Shown here: positions 48,814 through 59,644 of the stretch, piece after piece
Numbering within the stretch: position 1 is the first letter of the stretch
How the letters are laid out: the number at the start of each line of letters is the position of its first letter
Origin: a bacterium
Lineage (GTDB): Bacteria; Patescibacteriota; Minisyncoccia; Phycocordibacterales; UBA5272
Assembly: GCA_043765155.1 (NCBI GenBank)
Contig: JAYUJP010000053.1
Coordinates: forward strand, 14,116 to 78,115
DNA length: 64,000 bases
Direction of reading: 5' to 3'
Made by a program: the position numbers and the translations under genes
The notes under the pieces: model-generated
Database searches by the model: none
What the model saw: only the letters and a program-made list of their open reading frames with translations
Told to the model about the DNA's origin: nothing

Positions 48814-49230
48814 ATGGTAAAAGAGTATAACAATTTTGAAATAGTATATAAAGAAGCTAAAAAAGACGACTTTATTTGGGATTTACCATTTTTAAAAATA
48901 AAAAATGAAATACTAGGCAAGGACTTTGTAGCTAATCTTAACTTTATAAAAAATGAAGAAGCTAAAAATCTAAACATACAAAATAGGAATAAAGATTATT
49001 ATCCAAATGTTTTGACTTTCCCACTTGACGACAAATGCGGCGAGATATATATATGTAAAAGTGTTGCCAAAATGCAGTACAAGGATTTTGATATGAGCTA
49101 TAAAAACTATATAATATTTCTTTTTATACATGGCTGTCTGCACCTAAAAGGTACACATCATGACACTACAGAAAACGAAAAAAATATGGTAAGATTAGAA
49201 TATGAATTTTTGGGAAAATATAAAAGATAA
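48814..49230 (+). CDS. ybeY: rRNA maturation endoribonuclease YbeY
   Basis: HGCLHLKGTHHD (H-x2-HG-x-LHL-x-G-x-DH zinc motif). Confidence 0.85.
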   Translation: MVKEYNNFEIVYKEAKKDDFIWDLPFLKIKNEILGKDFVANLNFIKNEEAKNLNIQNRNKDYYPNVLTFPLDDKCGEIYICKSVAKMQYKDFDMSYKNYIIFLFIHGCLHLKGTHHDTTENEKNMVRLEYEFLGKYKR

Positions 49231-50356
49231 AAAAACACTCTCAATAGATATAGGCTCAAAACATATAAGATGCGTAGTATCTGACGGTGAGGAAATATTA
49301 AAAAGTTACTCTTTTGATAGTTATGGTGTTGAATACGGCATAATAAGTAACGAAAAAGCTTTTAGAGAAAATATTAAAAATATACTTGGAAATATCGCTT
49401 CTGACTTTAATCTTATACCCAAAAATGTACTATTAACAATATCAACTATGGAGCAGAACTCGGCCTCTCTGTCTGTAGTTACTTATACCAAAAGAGCTGA
49501 CGGAGTTATCACTGATCTAGATATAGAAAATATTAAAAATAACGCCAGGAAAAAAATTGATCATCTTAAAGATAAAATAATCCTGCATGAGATAATAATT
49601 AAAAATAAAGTTGACGGTAATATAGTATTAGGTGAAATCAAAAAATATAAAGGTGCAAAAATAGAATCTAAAGTCCTTTTTATATATGATGATCTACATA
49701 ATTATAAGATACTAAAAAAAGTTTTTGAGTCACTAAATGTAGAAATAGATAAAATACTCTCAGGCCCCCTAGTAGAGGCAGAAAATATATTAACAGAAAA
49801 GGAGAAAAGGCTAGGTACTGCAGTTCTTAATATAGGCCATCACATAAGTAGCGTGTGCGTATACGAGCGTGGCGTACCACTGCTATCTTCTTGTATAAAT
49901 TATGGAGGTGAATTTATAACTAGCGAGATAGCACTACTACTTAGAGTCGATCCAGATGCTGCGGAGGATATAAAAATAAATCTTAACTTAAAAGATTATA
50001 GCAAGAGAAAATGCGAAGAAATAATAGAAAATAGTATATATAAATTTTCAGAAGAAGTTAATCTAGAATTATCTAGAATAAAAAGATCAGGACTATTACC
50101 AGGCGGTATACGTATAATTGGTGGTAGTAGCGGACTAAGTAAAATAGAAAGTTATTTAAAGTATGACTTAAAACTACCAAGCATAAATACTTTTTTTGAT
50201 CCAAAATATTCTGAGATGCGAGGTGACCTAAACTATATAAAAAATTATGGGGCAAGCCGTTATTCTGATAATACAACCGAGATGTCCATATACAAAGATA
50301 TGCTCAAAAATAATTATCTAAAAGTTCATAGCTTTGTAAATAAATTCATGCCTTAG
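49202..50356 (+). CDS. ftsA: Cell division protein FtsA (actin-like ATPase)
   Basis: LSIDIGSKHIRCVV phosphate-1 motif and NIGHHISSVCVYERG phosphate-2 motif. Overlaps ybeY by 29 nt and precedes ftsZ. Confidence 0.75.
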   Translation: MNFWENIKDKKTLSIDIGSKHIRCVVSDGEEILKSYSFDSYGVEYGIISNEKAFRENIKNILGNIASDFNLIPKNVLLTISTMEQNSASLSVVTYTKRADGVITDLDIENIKNNARKKIDHLKDKIILHEIIIKNKVDGNIVLGEIKKYKGAKIESKVLFIYDDLHNYKILKKVFESLNVEIDKILSGPLVEAENILTEKEKRLGTAVLNIGHHISSVCVYERGVPLLSSCINYGGEFITSEIALLLRVDPDAAEDIKINLNLKDYSKRKCEEIIENSIYKFSEEVNLELSRIKRSGLLPGGIRIIGGSSGLSKIESYLKYDLKLPSINTFFDPKYSEMRGDLNYIKNYGASRYSDNTTEMSIYKDMLKNNYLKVHSFVNKFMP

Positions 50357-50471
50357 CATGTAAATAAATGTTAAAAATACGACACGTTAACCACAAGTGT
50401 CAATATTTTTATACTTTGTAAATTCTGTTATACTATATATTATATAAATATAGATTAAAACTTACAAAAAT

Positions 50472-51800
50472 ATGGCTAAATTAAATTACGCTCAAATAGA
50501 AACTGCTGCAAACATAAAAGTAATAGGTATAGGAGGCTCTGGAAAGAACGCTCTTAATCATATGGTTAACTCAAAACTAAAAGGCGTTGAGTTTATAGCC
50601 ATAAATACAGATACCCAAGATCTGCATAATTGCCTTGCAGAAAAGAAAATTCATATTGGCAAAAACTTAACACGTGGTCTTGGTGCTGGTATGGATCCAG
50701 AAGTTGGTAAAAGATCAGCCGAGGAGACAAGGGAAGAAATAATGGAATCAATCAAAGGGGCTGATATGGTATTCATTGCTGGTGGTTGTGGTGGTGGTAC
50801 ATTTACTGGGGCCGCTCCTATCGTCGCGGCCATTTGTAAAAACGAAGGTATACTTACTGTCGGTGTAGCTACTAAGCCATTCTTTTTTGAGGGTAATCAG
50901 CGTATGAGACTAGCCGAGCAAGGACTAGCTGAACTAGAAAAAGAAGTAGACGCGCTTATAATAATACCTAATGATAGAATATTATCAGTCGTGGATAAAA
51001 ATACAACAGTCACCCAAGCCTTTGCGATGTGCGACGAGATACTCAAGCAAGCAGTAGAAGGTATCTCGGATATAATAAGACTCTCAGGTAAGATGAATCT
51101 AGACTTTAATGACATAAGAAGGATCTTAAAAGATTCTGGTACTGCTCTATTTGGTATAGGTTATGGTGTCGGAGACAGCAGATCTACAGACGCAGCCACT
51201 CAGGCTATATCTAATCCGCTCCTGGATATATCTATCAATAATGCTACGGGCCTGCTATATGTTATATTCGGATCCGAAGATTTAACACTGCTTGAGACAG
51301 CTGAAGCTTCTAGAATAATAACCGAGTCAGTCTCACGTGATGCCAAGATTATATACGGTATATATAATGATGATACCCTCAAAAAAGATGAGGTAAAAAT
51401 AACAGTAATAGCTACTGGATTCCCAACTGCAAGTAATAGGCGTGACTCAGGACATGATGTATTTGACAGATCTGACAAGTACGCCGAGGAAAAAATAGAG
51501 AGAAATTTTAAACAAGAAAAAGAACAGGCTCCGGCGCCAGCTTTTAATTCTAGAAAAGATGAGGTACAAAAAGAAAATAGAGAAGATATTGATAATAATA
51601 ATATAAACAGTAATAATAAAAGAATAGAGCATTCTATAGATACAAAACCTGCTGAGTCTCATTCAATATTTTCAAAAGTGAGCAAAACCGAAGACTATAT
51701 AGATGACAAAAGAGTCACCAAGCCAATAGTGACTGACGAAGAGGAAGAAGATGACTGGGGATCACTTCCGCCATTTTTACAGAGAAAGAAAAAAGCGTAA
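50472..51800 (+). CDS. ftsZ: Cell division protein FtsZ
   Basis: GIGGSGKNALNHM (T1) and GGCGGGTFTGAAPIVA (T4) motifs, plus an acidic low-complexity C-terminal tail. Confidence 0.9.
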   Translation: MAKLNYAQIETAANIKVIGIGGSGKNALNHMVNSKLKGVEFIAINTDTQDLHNCLAEKKIHIGKNLTRGLGAGMDPEVGKRSAEETREEIMESIKGADMVFIAGGCGGGTFTGAAPIVAAICKNEGILTVGVATKPFFFEGNQRMRLAEQGLAELEKEVDALIIIPNDRILSVVDKNTTVTQAFAMCDEILKQAVEGISDIIRLSGKMNLDFNDIRRILKDSGTALFGIGYGVGDSRSTDAATQAISNPLLDISINNATGLLYVIFGSEDLTLLETAEASRIITESVSRDAKIIYGIYNDDTLKKDEVKITVIATGFPTASNRRDSGHDVFDRSDKYAEEKIERNFKQEKEQAPAPAFNSRKDEVQKENREDIDNNNINSNNKRIEHSIDTKPAESHSIFSKVSKTEDYIDDKRVTKPIVTDEEEEDDWGSLPPFLQRKKKA

Positions 51801-51866
51801 TATAAAACTTAAAAAATATCTCATAAACTTTTTATGAGATATTTTTTATGGTATAATATTATTTAT

Positions 51867-52841
51867 ATGGAAAACACAAATAATAATATCTATGACCTCA
51901 TAATAGTAGGTGGTGGTCCATCGGGAGCCTCAGCTGCTGTGTATGCAAGCAGAAAGCAAATGAAGACACTTTTAATTTTAAAAGAATGGGGAGGACAAAG
52001 TGTAGTGAGTGACGATATACAGAACTGGATAGGTACTCCGCATATATCAGGCAATGACCTAGCCAAAAGCTTTAAGGCTCATGTAGAAGAATATGCTGGA
52101 AATTTCTTAACTGTACAGACCGGCTACAATGTAACTAGCGCTGAGAATATTCTAAATACAGAAAATGAAAACAAAACTTTAAAAAAAGTCATCCTTGATA
52201 ACGGAACAGAGTTTTTAGGAAAAGCTTTGCTAATAACCACAGGATCGATAAGAAGAAAACTAGACATAAAGGGAGCTGAGACTTTTGAACACAAAGGGCT
52301 AACCTATTGCGCCACTTGTGATGGACCTATGTATGGTGGTATGGATGTAGTTGTAGTTGGGGGCGGCAATGCTGGATTTGAATCTGCAGCGCAGCTACTC
52401 GCTTATTGCAAAAGCGTGACACTACTCTCTCGCGGAGAACCACGTGCCGATGCTATAACTATAGAAAAACTAAAAACTAATACAAAATTTAAATTAGTAA
52501 TTGGCGCTACTCCAACAGAAATACTTGGGGATAAATTCGTCTCAGGAATAATATATACAGACTCAAATAATCAAGAAGTAACATTAGAAGTTGGCGGCGT
52601 ATTTGTAGAAATAGGTCAAATACCCGCAACAGATTGGTGTAAAAATGTAGCCATGCTCGACGAATATGGTAAAGTAAAAATTAATCCTTGGAGCCAAAAA
52701 TGTGTAGATACAAATAATATAGACCTTGAAAATACTTGGGCCGCAGGTGACTGTACCAATATACTTTATCATCAAAACAACATAGCTAGCGGCGACGCTG
52801 TACGCGCCACTGAGGATATATATAAGACCATACACTCATAG
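51867..52841 (+). CDS. trxB: Thioredoxin-disulfide reductase
   Basis: YDLIIVGGGPSG FAD motif and the CATCDG redox motif. Start set to the ATG at 51867 (MENTNNN), 8 nt after the extended -10 tatggtataat. Confidence 0.8.
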   Translation: MENTNNNIYDLIIVGGGPSGASAAVYASRKQMKTLLILKEWGGQSVVSDDIQNWIGTPHISGNDLAKSFKAHVEEYAGNFLTVQTGYNVTSAENILNTENENKTLKKVILDNGTEFLGKALLITTGSIRRKLDIKGAETFEHKGLTYCATCDGPMYGGMDVVVVGGGNAGFESAAQLLAYCKSVTLLSRGEPRADAITIEKLKTNTKFKLVIGATPTEILGDKFVSGIIYTDSNNQEVTLEVGGVFVEIGQIPATDWCKNVAMLDEYGKVKINPWSQKCVDTNNIDLENTWAAGDCTNILYHQNNIASGDAVRATEDIYKTIHS

Positions 52842-52967
52842 CTACAAAATTAATCTAACTACTCTATTTACTTTATATTAGTATAAGTATATAATTTGTA
52901 TATAATAAATAAACTAGTAAATAATCACACTTAATCAACAAGTAGCTAATTAGGTTAAATAAAATAT

Positions 52968-53474
52968 ATGTCAGAAATAAATAATATTAGAAATAATAAA
53001 AAAGTAAGGTTAGCGGTAATAATTGTATTGATGGCAGTAGTAGCTATACTCTATTTTAGAAATGTAAACACGGGTAACCTCACAACAGCAGATGGTATCA
53101 AGTCTGAAATGGGACAAAATATGAAGCCAGATACACTTGAGAAAAAAGTGCTAATAGGTATTATGGGGCTGCTTGGGGTTGGTCTAGGCTTAGAGGCTAC
53201 CAATAATGACATAGATCTAGGTAAGCTGATAAAGACTGGTAGCCTATCTGCATCCAAAGTATTGCGTGACAAGTCTGGTAATGTAGTAACCGCAGAAGAG
53301 GTAAAAGCGGGCACAAAAGTAGCAAAAGCTACTGATGAGTATAACTGTGTAGATTTTAAAACTCAGCCCGAGGCGCAGCAATTTTACGACAATGCTGGCG
53401 GCGTTAAGGGTGATACTAATGGACTAGATGGTGATAAAAATGGCCAGGCTTGCCAGGCACTTCCAAAAAGGTAA
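52968..53474 (+). CDS. Membrane-anchored protein with C-terminal Excalibur Ca-binding domain
   Basis: CVDFKTQPEAQQFYDNAGG...DGLDGDKNGQACQ matches the Excalibur consensus. Confidence 0.7.
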   Translation: MSEINNIRNNKKVRLAVIIVLMAVVAILYFRNVNTGNLTTADGIKSEMGQNMKPDTLEKKVLIGIMGLLGVGLGLEATNNDIDLGKLIKTGSLSASKVLRDKSGNVVTAEEVKAGTKVAKATDEYNCVDFKTQPEAQQFYDNAGGVKGDTNGLDGDKNGQACQALPKR

Positions 53475-53669
53475 AGAGAGGCTAAAAATAAAAGCTAATA
53501 CTAATTTATGAGTCAGCGCGTGGGGTTCCCTCTGGGATTAAGCAGGACGAAGAAAATAGTATTAGCTTTTATATTATAAGAGTAAATATATTTGTATATT
53601 GAAATAAACTTCAAAATGTGTTAAAATATTGAAACTTGATACTCATACTGCTGTATGAATATCAGGTAT

Positions 53670-53741
53670 GGCCCCATCGTCTAATGGTTAGGACAACGGG
53701 TTTTCAATCCGTTAACGGGAGTTCAATTCTCCCTGGGGTCA
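53670..53741 (+). tRNA. tRNA-Glu (anticodon UUC), no encoded CCA
   Basis: Hand-folded cloverleaf. All four stems pair. Anticodon loop UUUUCAA, T-loop TTCAATT. An extended -10 tgtgttaaaat lies upstream. Confidence 0.85.
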
Positions 53742-53796
53742 CATTCAACAGCTAGCACGAAAGGCGTGCGGTAAAGACTGCTGAATACAGCGCTTT

Positions 53797-56079
53797 ATGA
53801 TTACTAAGATTAATAAAATAAAAGATTTTGGCGTCTTAAAAAACTTCAATGGAAGTGCCTTGCCTGAATTTAAAACATTTAATCTTATTTATGGCTGGAA
53901 CTATTCAGGAAAGACAACGCTTTCAAGAGTTTTTAGATGTTTAGAAAAAGGAAAGTTGCACGATGATTACTTAACAGCAACTTTTGAATTGGAAAATGCA
54001 ACTGCAAAATACGATAACACATTTGCAGTAAAGCCAAACATACGAGTTTTCAATTCAGACTTTGTAAAAGATAATTTAAAATGGGATGCAGATAATATTG
54101 AACCAATATTTTTACTCGGTGCAGAAAATATAGAACTTCAAACCGAACTAAAGCAAAAGGAAACAGACTTAGCAACAGCCGAAATAGATGTCGCAGAAGC
54201 AAAAAGACTGAGAACAGAGAAACAAAACCGTATTAACGGAGCGGTTACAAATAAGGCAAGAGACATTGGAACTTTATTAAGTATCAGACTATTTGATAGT
54301 CGCCACTTTTTGCCAATCGTAGACAAAGTAAAAACTGCAGTTGCTACTTACACTTTAAGTCAAGCTGATTTTGACAAGTATAAAGCACAGGCTATTTCCA
54401 ATGAACAGAAACCACCAATCGGAGAAATAAATATTTCAATTGCAGATTTAGCGACACTTAAAACAGAAGTAGAAACGATTTTGCAAAGACAAGCCGCATC
54501 AGACAATGAAATTCAAAAATTACTGGGCAACAAACCAATAAGCGACTGGGTTGAAACTGGCAAAAGTTTGCACGAAGGCAAAACAAATTGTGAGTTTTGT
54601 GGAAACACCTTGCCAACTGATTTATTAGAGAAATTGAATGAGCATTTTTCAAAAGATTATGAGTTACTAAAAACGGATATTGAAACTAAACTTAAAACAT
54701 TAAACGCTTCAAAAATTGCTATTGCAACTCCTTTGCCAACTGAAACAGCTTTTTACACAGACTTGCTTGCTGATTTCAGAACAAAGAAACCATTGCTTGA
54801 AACTGATATAACAAATTTTAATAATTCAATTGCTTCTCTGATTAAAGATTTGGAAAGTAAAAAAGACAAGCCTTTCGACAGACTTGAAGTTACAGCGTTT
54901 ACAGACAATAAAGCAACTCTTGAAACATCACTTTCTAATTTCAATGTTGTAATTAAAACCAACGACCTAAGGACAGCAGGTTTTACAACAGAAAAGAATG
55001 CAGCAATTGAAAAACTGAAAGACCATTTTGCAGCAGAATTTGAAACAAACGAAACTTATTCGGCAATTCAAACTCAACTTACAAACGAACAAACCGCAAT
55101 TGATGCAAAAGGCTTAGCCATTGAAGGACAAAAAAAAGCAATTATTTTAATCAAATCACAACTTGACGAAACAGTTAAAGGAGCAGGAGTTGTAAATGAT
55201 TATTTAAAAATATTCTTCGGTAAGGATGATGTTCAAATTACGCCAACAACTGATAAAAAGTTTCAACTTTTAAGAGGAACAGATGTAGCCAAAAATTTAA
55301 GTGAAGGAGAAAAAACAGCTATTTCATTTGCTTATTTCACAGCAAAACTTGAGGAGCAAAATAATAAAATAGCTGACACAATAGTTTGCATAGACGACCC
55401 AATTTCAAGTTTAGATTCAAACCATTTGTTTAACATCTATTCGTTTATTAAAAATATTTTTTACGAGTGTAAACTCGACCCGCTCACAAACAAAAAAGTT
55501 CATCAGCCGAAATGTAAACAATTATTTATCTCTACTCACAACTTTGATTTTCATAATTTAATTTATGACTGGTTCAAGGGATTAAAAAAGGACAACCAAG
55601 CATGCTGGATTATTGAAAGACACAAAAATTCATACAAAGACGAGTCTGTAATTAAGGAAAACACTAAACTGTTAACTATTTTTAACTCTGAATATGTATA
55701 TTTATTTTCAATACTTAATAAATTTAAAGAAGCACCTTCTGATCATTATGAATTTTTATATAATTTACCTAACACAGCAAGACGTTTTGTGGAGATATAC
55801 TTAAGCTTCAAGTTTCTCTCTGTAAAAATGGATGATAATATTAATGAGTTTATAGCTGACCCCATCGAGGCAGAGAAGGTTAGAAAATTCATGCACTATT
55901 ATAGTCACGGATTAACTTCAGGTACGCAAGTTAGATTTCCTCAAGTAGATGAATGTATTGGTGCTGTAAGTATAATATTTGAGTCTATAGAAAATAATGA
56001 TAAATCTCATTATGACTCTCTTTTAAAGTCTATAAAAATATATACACATAATACAGATTGTTATAGTGCTATAAAATAA
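53797..56079 (+). CDS. rloC: RloC/PrrC-family anticodon nuclease: ABC/Rad50-like ATPase head split by a coiled coil carrying a CxxC zinc hook, plus a C-terminal HEPN-like nuclease domain
   Basis: Walker A YGWNYSGKTTL; coiled-coil insert with NCEFCGN; ABC signature LSEGEK; Walker B IVCIDDPISSLD; C-terminal ARRFVE (R-x3-E) followed 34 residues later by H (MHYYSHG), matching the PrrC R320/E324/H356 spacing. 760 aa. Confidence 0.8.
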   Translation: MITKINKIKDFGVLKNFNGSALPEFKTFNLIYGWNYSGKTTLSRVFRCLEKGKLHDDYLTATFELENATAKYDNTFAVKPNIRVFNSDFVKDNLKWDADNIEPIFLLGAENIELQTELKQKETDLATAEIDVAEAKRLRTEKQNRINGAVTNKARDIGTLLSIRLFDSRHFLPIVDKVKTAVATYTLSQADFDKYKAQAISNEQKPPIGEINISIADLATLKTEVETILQRQAASDNEIQKLLGNKPISDWVETGKSLHEGKTNCEFCGNTLPTDLLEKLNEHFSKDYELLKTDIETKLKTLNASKIAIATPLPTETAFYTDLLADFRTKKPLLETDITNFNNSIASLIKDLESKKDKPFDRLEVTAFTDNKATLETSLSNFNVVIKTNDLRTAGFTTEKNAAIEKLKDHFAAEFETNETYSAIQTQLTNEQTAIDAKGLAIEGQKKAIILIKSQLDETVKGAGVVNDYLKIFFGKDDVQITPTTDKKFQLLRGTDVAKNLSEGEKTAISFAYFTAKLEEQNNKIADTIVCIDDPISSLDSNHLFNIYSFIKNIFYECKLDPLTNKKVHQPKCKQLFISTHNFDFHNLIYDWFKGLKKDNQACWIIERHKNSYKDESVIKENTKLLTIFNSEYVYLFSILNKFKEAPSDHYEFLYNLPNTARRFVEIYLSFKFLSVKMDDNINEFIADPIEAEKVRKFMHYYSHGLTSGTQVRFPQVDECIGAVSIIFESIENNDKSHYDSLLKSIKIYTHNTDCYSAIK

Positions 56080-56201
56080 TACCAATAAACCTTACCTTGT
56101 AATAAACATCCTAGGTTCTATCTCAAGAACGCTCACAGAAAATAATTTAATATTAACTTAACAAGAGTAGTGATTTTGTGCTATAATATGAAAACAAATC
56201 A

Positions 56202-56274
56202 GATCGATTAGCTCAGTTGGTAGAGCGCTTCCTTGACGTGGAAGAGGTCAGAGGTTCGACCCCTCTATCGATCA
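56202..56274 (+). tRNA. tRNA-Val (anticodon GAC), no encoded CCA
   Basis: Hand-folded. Acceptor stem GATCGAT/ATCGATC, anticodon loop TTGACGT, T-loop TTCGACC. An extended -10 tgtgctataat lies upstream. Confidence 0.85.
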
Positions 56275-56304
56275 CTAGAAAGTTTAAATATTACTAATGC
56301 AAAA

Positions 56305-56342
56305 ATAAAAACTTCTTTTAAAAAAGAAGTTTTTATTTTTTA
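56305..56342. terminator. Bidirectional terminator (tRNA-Val / ftsH)
   Basis: AAAACTTCTTTT-AAAA-AAGAAGTTTT hairpin with flanking T/A tracts. Confidence 0.6.
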
Positions 56343-56371
56343 ATTTTTGTAAAAAGCTATTAACTTATTTT

Positions 56372-58342
56372 TTATTTCTTAATAGCTATACCGTGCGCTT
56401 TTAGTATAAGCTCAAATTCTTCACGTTCTAGATTTTCTTTTTCTACTAGGTCTACCACTATGTGATCTAGTACTGCTCTATACTCTCTGACTATTTTCCT
56501 TGCTGTATCACGTCCGTCCTCAACTATTCTTTTTATCTCATCATCTATTAGCTTTGAAAATTCATTACTATATATCTTGTCCCCGCTACTTCTACCAAAA
56601 GTTATAGCATTCCTGTCTGACTCTATAGATATTGGCCCCACAAGGTCACTCATGCCGTAACGTGTCACCATAGCCCTCGCCATCGCTGTAGCCTGCTCTA
56701 TATCAGAACTTGGCCCTGTACTAGTCACTCCTTCGATCAGCTCCTCAGCGGCATAACCACCAAAAGTCATAGCTATATCATCAATAAAAACATTTTTGTT
56801 GGTAAGTCTACGCTCATCGGTTGGCAGCTTAAGAGTGTAACCTCCGGCATTACCGCGGCTAATTATAGATATCTTATGTACTGGATCAGCATGAGGTAGT
56901 ACAGCGGCTACCAAGGCATGTCCTGCCTCATGATAGGCGACTAACTTTTTTTCCTCCTCACCCATGAGGTGATTCTTCCTCTCGGCTCCTAGCATTATCT
57001 TTTCTATACTTCTTATAATGTCGTACTGAGCTATCTCAGTTCTCTTTTCCCTAGCAGCGAGTATAGCAGCCTCATTCATCAGGGCCTGCAGCTCCGCTCC
57101 TGAAAATCCTGGAGTACGAGTCGCTATCAGCTCTAGATTAATATCATCACCAAATTTCTTGCCCTTGCTATGTACTACTAATATTTCTTTTCTTTCTATT
57201 CTATCTGGTAAGTCTATAATTATACGCCTATCAAAACGTCCAGGTCGTAATAACGCAGTATCAAGTACATCAGACCTGTTAGTCGCAGCTAGGACTATTA
57301 CTTTTTGTGTTGGTTCAAAGCCGTCCATCTCGACAAGTATCTGATTAAGAGTCTGCTCACGCTCATCATTGCCGCCTCCCATACCCACGCCGCGGCTACG
57401 CCCTATACTGTCTATCTCATCTATAAAAATAATAGCAGGAGCTGACTTTTTCGCCTCAGAAAATAGATCGCGTACACGTGAGGCACCAACTCCCACAAAC
57501 ATCTCTATAAATTCTGATCCAGAAAGGTGGAAAAATGGTACTTTTGCCTCGCCAGCTACTGCGCGCGCAAGTAATGTCTTACCGGTACCAGGGGCACCGG
57601 TCATGAGTACACCTTTTGGTATTACTGCTCCTATGTCAATAAATTTCTCTGGCTTTTTTAAGAATTCTACTATTTCGGCCAATTCCTCCTTGGCAACTTT
57701 GGCACCAGCTACGTCCTCAAAAGTTACCTGCTTATCATTATCATCCGGCATTATTTTCTTAGCCCTGGTATTACCAAAACTAAGCGCGCCCATATTAGCG
57801 CCCTTAACACCGCGAAGTAACATAAATATTAAGATACCGAAAAATAATATAGGCAAAAATATACCTACTGCTCCAAGCCAATATTTAAAACCAGAATCAT
57901 CTACTATATTTATTTTTATTTTGGCTAAGCTATCTGGACTTGCCCCAAGATTTTTAAGGGTTTCTGTGACCCCTGATTCTAATTCTTTTTTAGACTTATA
58001 TGACAAAAATGTAGTCGTAGAATTAGAAGAGCTCGCAGAATTTATGCCACTAATTATACTAGTATCTATTATTAACTCCTGGCCTTTTACTTTTATCTCA
58101 GTTACTTTGTTTTCATTTACAAAAGTTACAAGCTCCGACAGCGATATGCTTTTTATATTTTTATCCTCACCACCAAAAATACTTTGTCCTGATATATATG
58201 GATAAAAAAAGAATATAAATATTATAGCGAGTGTGAACCACCAATTTTTTAGAAATTCTACAAAAGAGTTTCTACTATTTTGATCTTTGTTTTTATTATT
58301 ATTTTTTTCTGAAAGATTCTGATTTTTTTTATTTTTGAACAT
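56372..58342 (-). CDS. ftsH: ATP-dependent zinc metalloprotease FtsH
   Basis: Walker [19 protein letters not shown], second region of homology, HEAGHALVA zinc site, N-terminal TM helices. Confidence 0.95.
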   Translation of the reverse strand: MFKNKKNQNLSEKNNNKNKDQNSRNSFVEFLKNWWFTLAIIFIFFFYPYISGQSIFGGEDKNIKSISLSELVTFVNENKVTEIKVKGQELIIDTSIISGINSASSSNSTTTFLSYKSKKELESGVTETLKNLGASPDSLAKIKINIVDDSGFKYWLGAVGIFLPILFFGILIFMLLRGVKGANMGALSFGNTRAKKIMPDDNDKQVTFEDVAGAKVAKEELAEIVEFLKKPEKFIDIGAVIPKGVLMTGAPGTGKTLLARAVAGEAKVPFFHLSGSEFIEMFVGVGASRVRDLFSEAKKSAPAIIFIDEIDSIGRSRGVGMGGGNDEREQTLNQILVEMDGFEPTQKVIVLAATNRSDVLDTALLRPGRFDRRIIIDLPDRIERKEILVVHSKGKKFGDDINLELIATRTPGFSGAELQALMNEAAILAAREKRTEIAQYDIIRSIEKIMLGAERKNHLMGEEEKKLVAYHEAGHALVAAVLPHADPVHKISIISRGNAGGYTLKLPTDERRLTNKNVFIDDIAMTFGGYAAEELIEGVTSTGPSSDIEQATAMARAMVTRYGMSDLVGPISIESDRNAITFGRSSGDKIYSNEFSKLIDDEIKRIVEDGRDTARKIVREYRAVLDHIVVDLVEKENLEREEFELILKAHGIAIKK

Positions 58343-58360
58343 ATTTTTTATACTACTATA

Positions 58361-59458
58361 TTATATCCCTTCTGCCTGCAAGTCTTGTACTAATTTTTTG
58401 GCCTCTTTTGAAAGTTTTTTTGGTAGCTCTATATTAAGCTTGATTAGGGCGTCACCTCTACTTCTGTTATTTCTATTTGGTACACCTCTATTTGCTACGC
58501 GAACCACCTCATCTATAGATACGCCGCCGGCTAGGCTAATTTCTATAGGACCGTCAAGTGACTCTACAGTATGGGTGAATCCAAGCAGCGCGTCAGATAA
58601 TTTTATCTTATGTTCTGCTATTAAGTCATACCCAGATCTACTCCAAACTTTATCCCTAGCTACCCTTATTTTTACAAACATATCACCGCTAGTACCTGCT
58701 TTTATCGCCTCACCTTGCTCCAGGATTTTTATCATCTCGCCATCATTGATGCCGGCTGGTACATCTATATTTATCTCGCTCCTGCCATGCTTAACTCCTT
58801 GCCCTTTACAGTCAGAACATTTTTCTTTGTAGACTTGGCCTGTAGCGTCACAATCATCACAGTTTTTAACTGTCTGCATAGCCCCCATAAATGTTCTCTT
58901 GGTCTCATACATTCTACCTTGTCCATTACATTTGGCGCAGCTAACTTTACCGCTAGCTTCTTTTCCTCCAGAACCTTTGCAGGTAACACATTTTGAAGTC
59001 TTGTTGATAACAACATTACGAGCTGCACCAAATATACTTTCTTTAAAGCTAATCTCTATGTCCATAGATATATCACGTCCACGTCTCTCTTGCCTACCAA
59101 AACCTCCAAATCCGCCGCCAAACATATCTCCAAATATATCACCAAGATCATCAAAATCTATATTAACACCATCAAAACCCTGTGATCCAAAACCTCCAAA
59201 TGGTCCGCCAGATTGATGCTGAGATCTTCCTCCTGCGTTTGATCCAGCACCAGAAAAAGTCTGACCATACATATCATACTCTTTTCTTTTACCTTCATCT
59301 GAGAGTACTTGATAGGCCTCATTAACCTCTTTAAACTTTGACTCATCACCGCCCTTATCAGGATGATGCTTAGCCGCGAGCTTATAAAAAGCTTTTTTAA
59401 TAACGTCTTTGTCTGCTTTTTTGTCTACTCCGAGTAGGTCATAATAATTTTTTGCCAT
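58361..59458 (-). CDS. dnaJ: Chaperone DnaJ (orphan, not next to dnaK/grpE)
   Basis: J-domain YYDLLGV...HPDK, Gly-rich linker, four CxxCxGxG zinc-finger repeats. Start set at [11 protein letters not shown]. Confidence 0.9.
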   Translation of the reverse strand: MAKNYYDLLGVDKKADKDVIKKAFYKLAAKHHPDKGGDESKFKEVNEAYQVLSDEGKRKEYDMYGQTFSGAGSNAGGRSQHQSGGPFGGFGSQGFDGVNIDFDDLGDIFGDMFGGGFGGFGRQERRGRDISMDIEISFKESIFGAARNVVINKTSKCVTCKGSGGKEASGKVSCAKCNGQGRMYETKRTFMGAMQTVKNCDDCDATGQVYKEKCSDCKGQGVKHGRSEINIDVPAGINDGEMIKILEQGEAIKAGTSGDMFVKIRVARDKVWSRSGYDLIAEHKIKLSDALLGFTHTVESLDGPIEISLAGGVSIDEVVRVANRGVPNRNNRSRGDALIKLNIELPKKLSKEAKKLVQDLQAEGI

Positions 59459-59499
59459 AGTTTTTATATGATATTTCTTACTATATTTATACCATAAAC

Positions 59500-59526
59500 A
59501 CAAAATCCGCGCAAGCGGATTTTGTG
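59500..59526 (-). terminator. Rho-independent terminator
   Basis: AAAATCCGC-TTGC-GCGGATTTT followed by GTGTTT on the minus strand. Confidence 0.6.
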
Positions 59527-59644
59527 GGACATTTTGTTGTTGATTGTAAGTAATGTGTCTATATTTTTGCAAATATAAATACACTTCTCACATCTGTAAT
59601 TATAGCAACTAGCTATTTTAAAGTCAAATCTTAAGTTATATATT

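Noticed and set aside
53507-53560. Short GC-rich patch (GCGCGTGGGGTTCCCTCTGGGATTAAGCAGGACG) between the Excalibur gene and tRNA-Glu, considered as a tRNA fragment or att scar
   Set aside because: It does not match the 3' end of any of the three tRNAs here and forms no convincing cloverleaf arm. Left unassigned.
53742-56201. Classic tRNA-integrated genomic island (integrase plus att direct repeats) around the RloC-like gene
   Set aside because: No integrase or recombinase is present, and no direct repeat of the tRNA-Glu 3' end is detectable near 56100-56200. Only the single-gene insertion between two tRNAs is supported.
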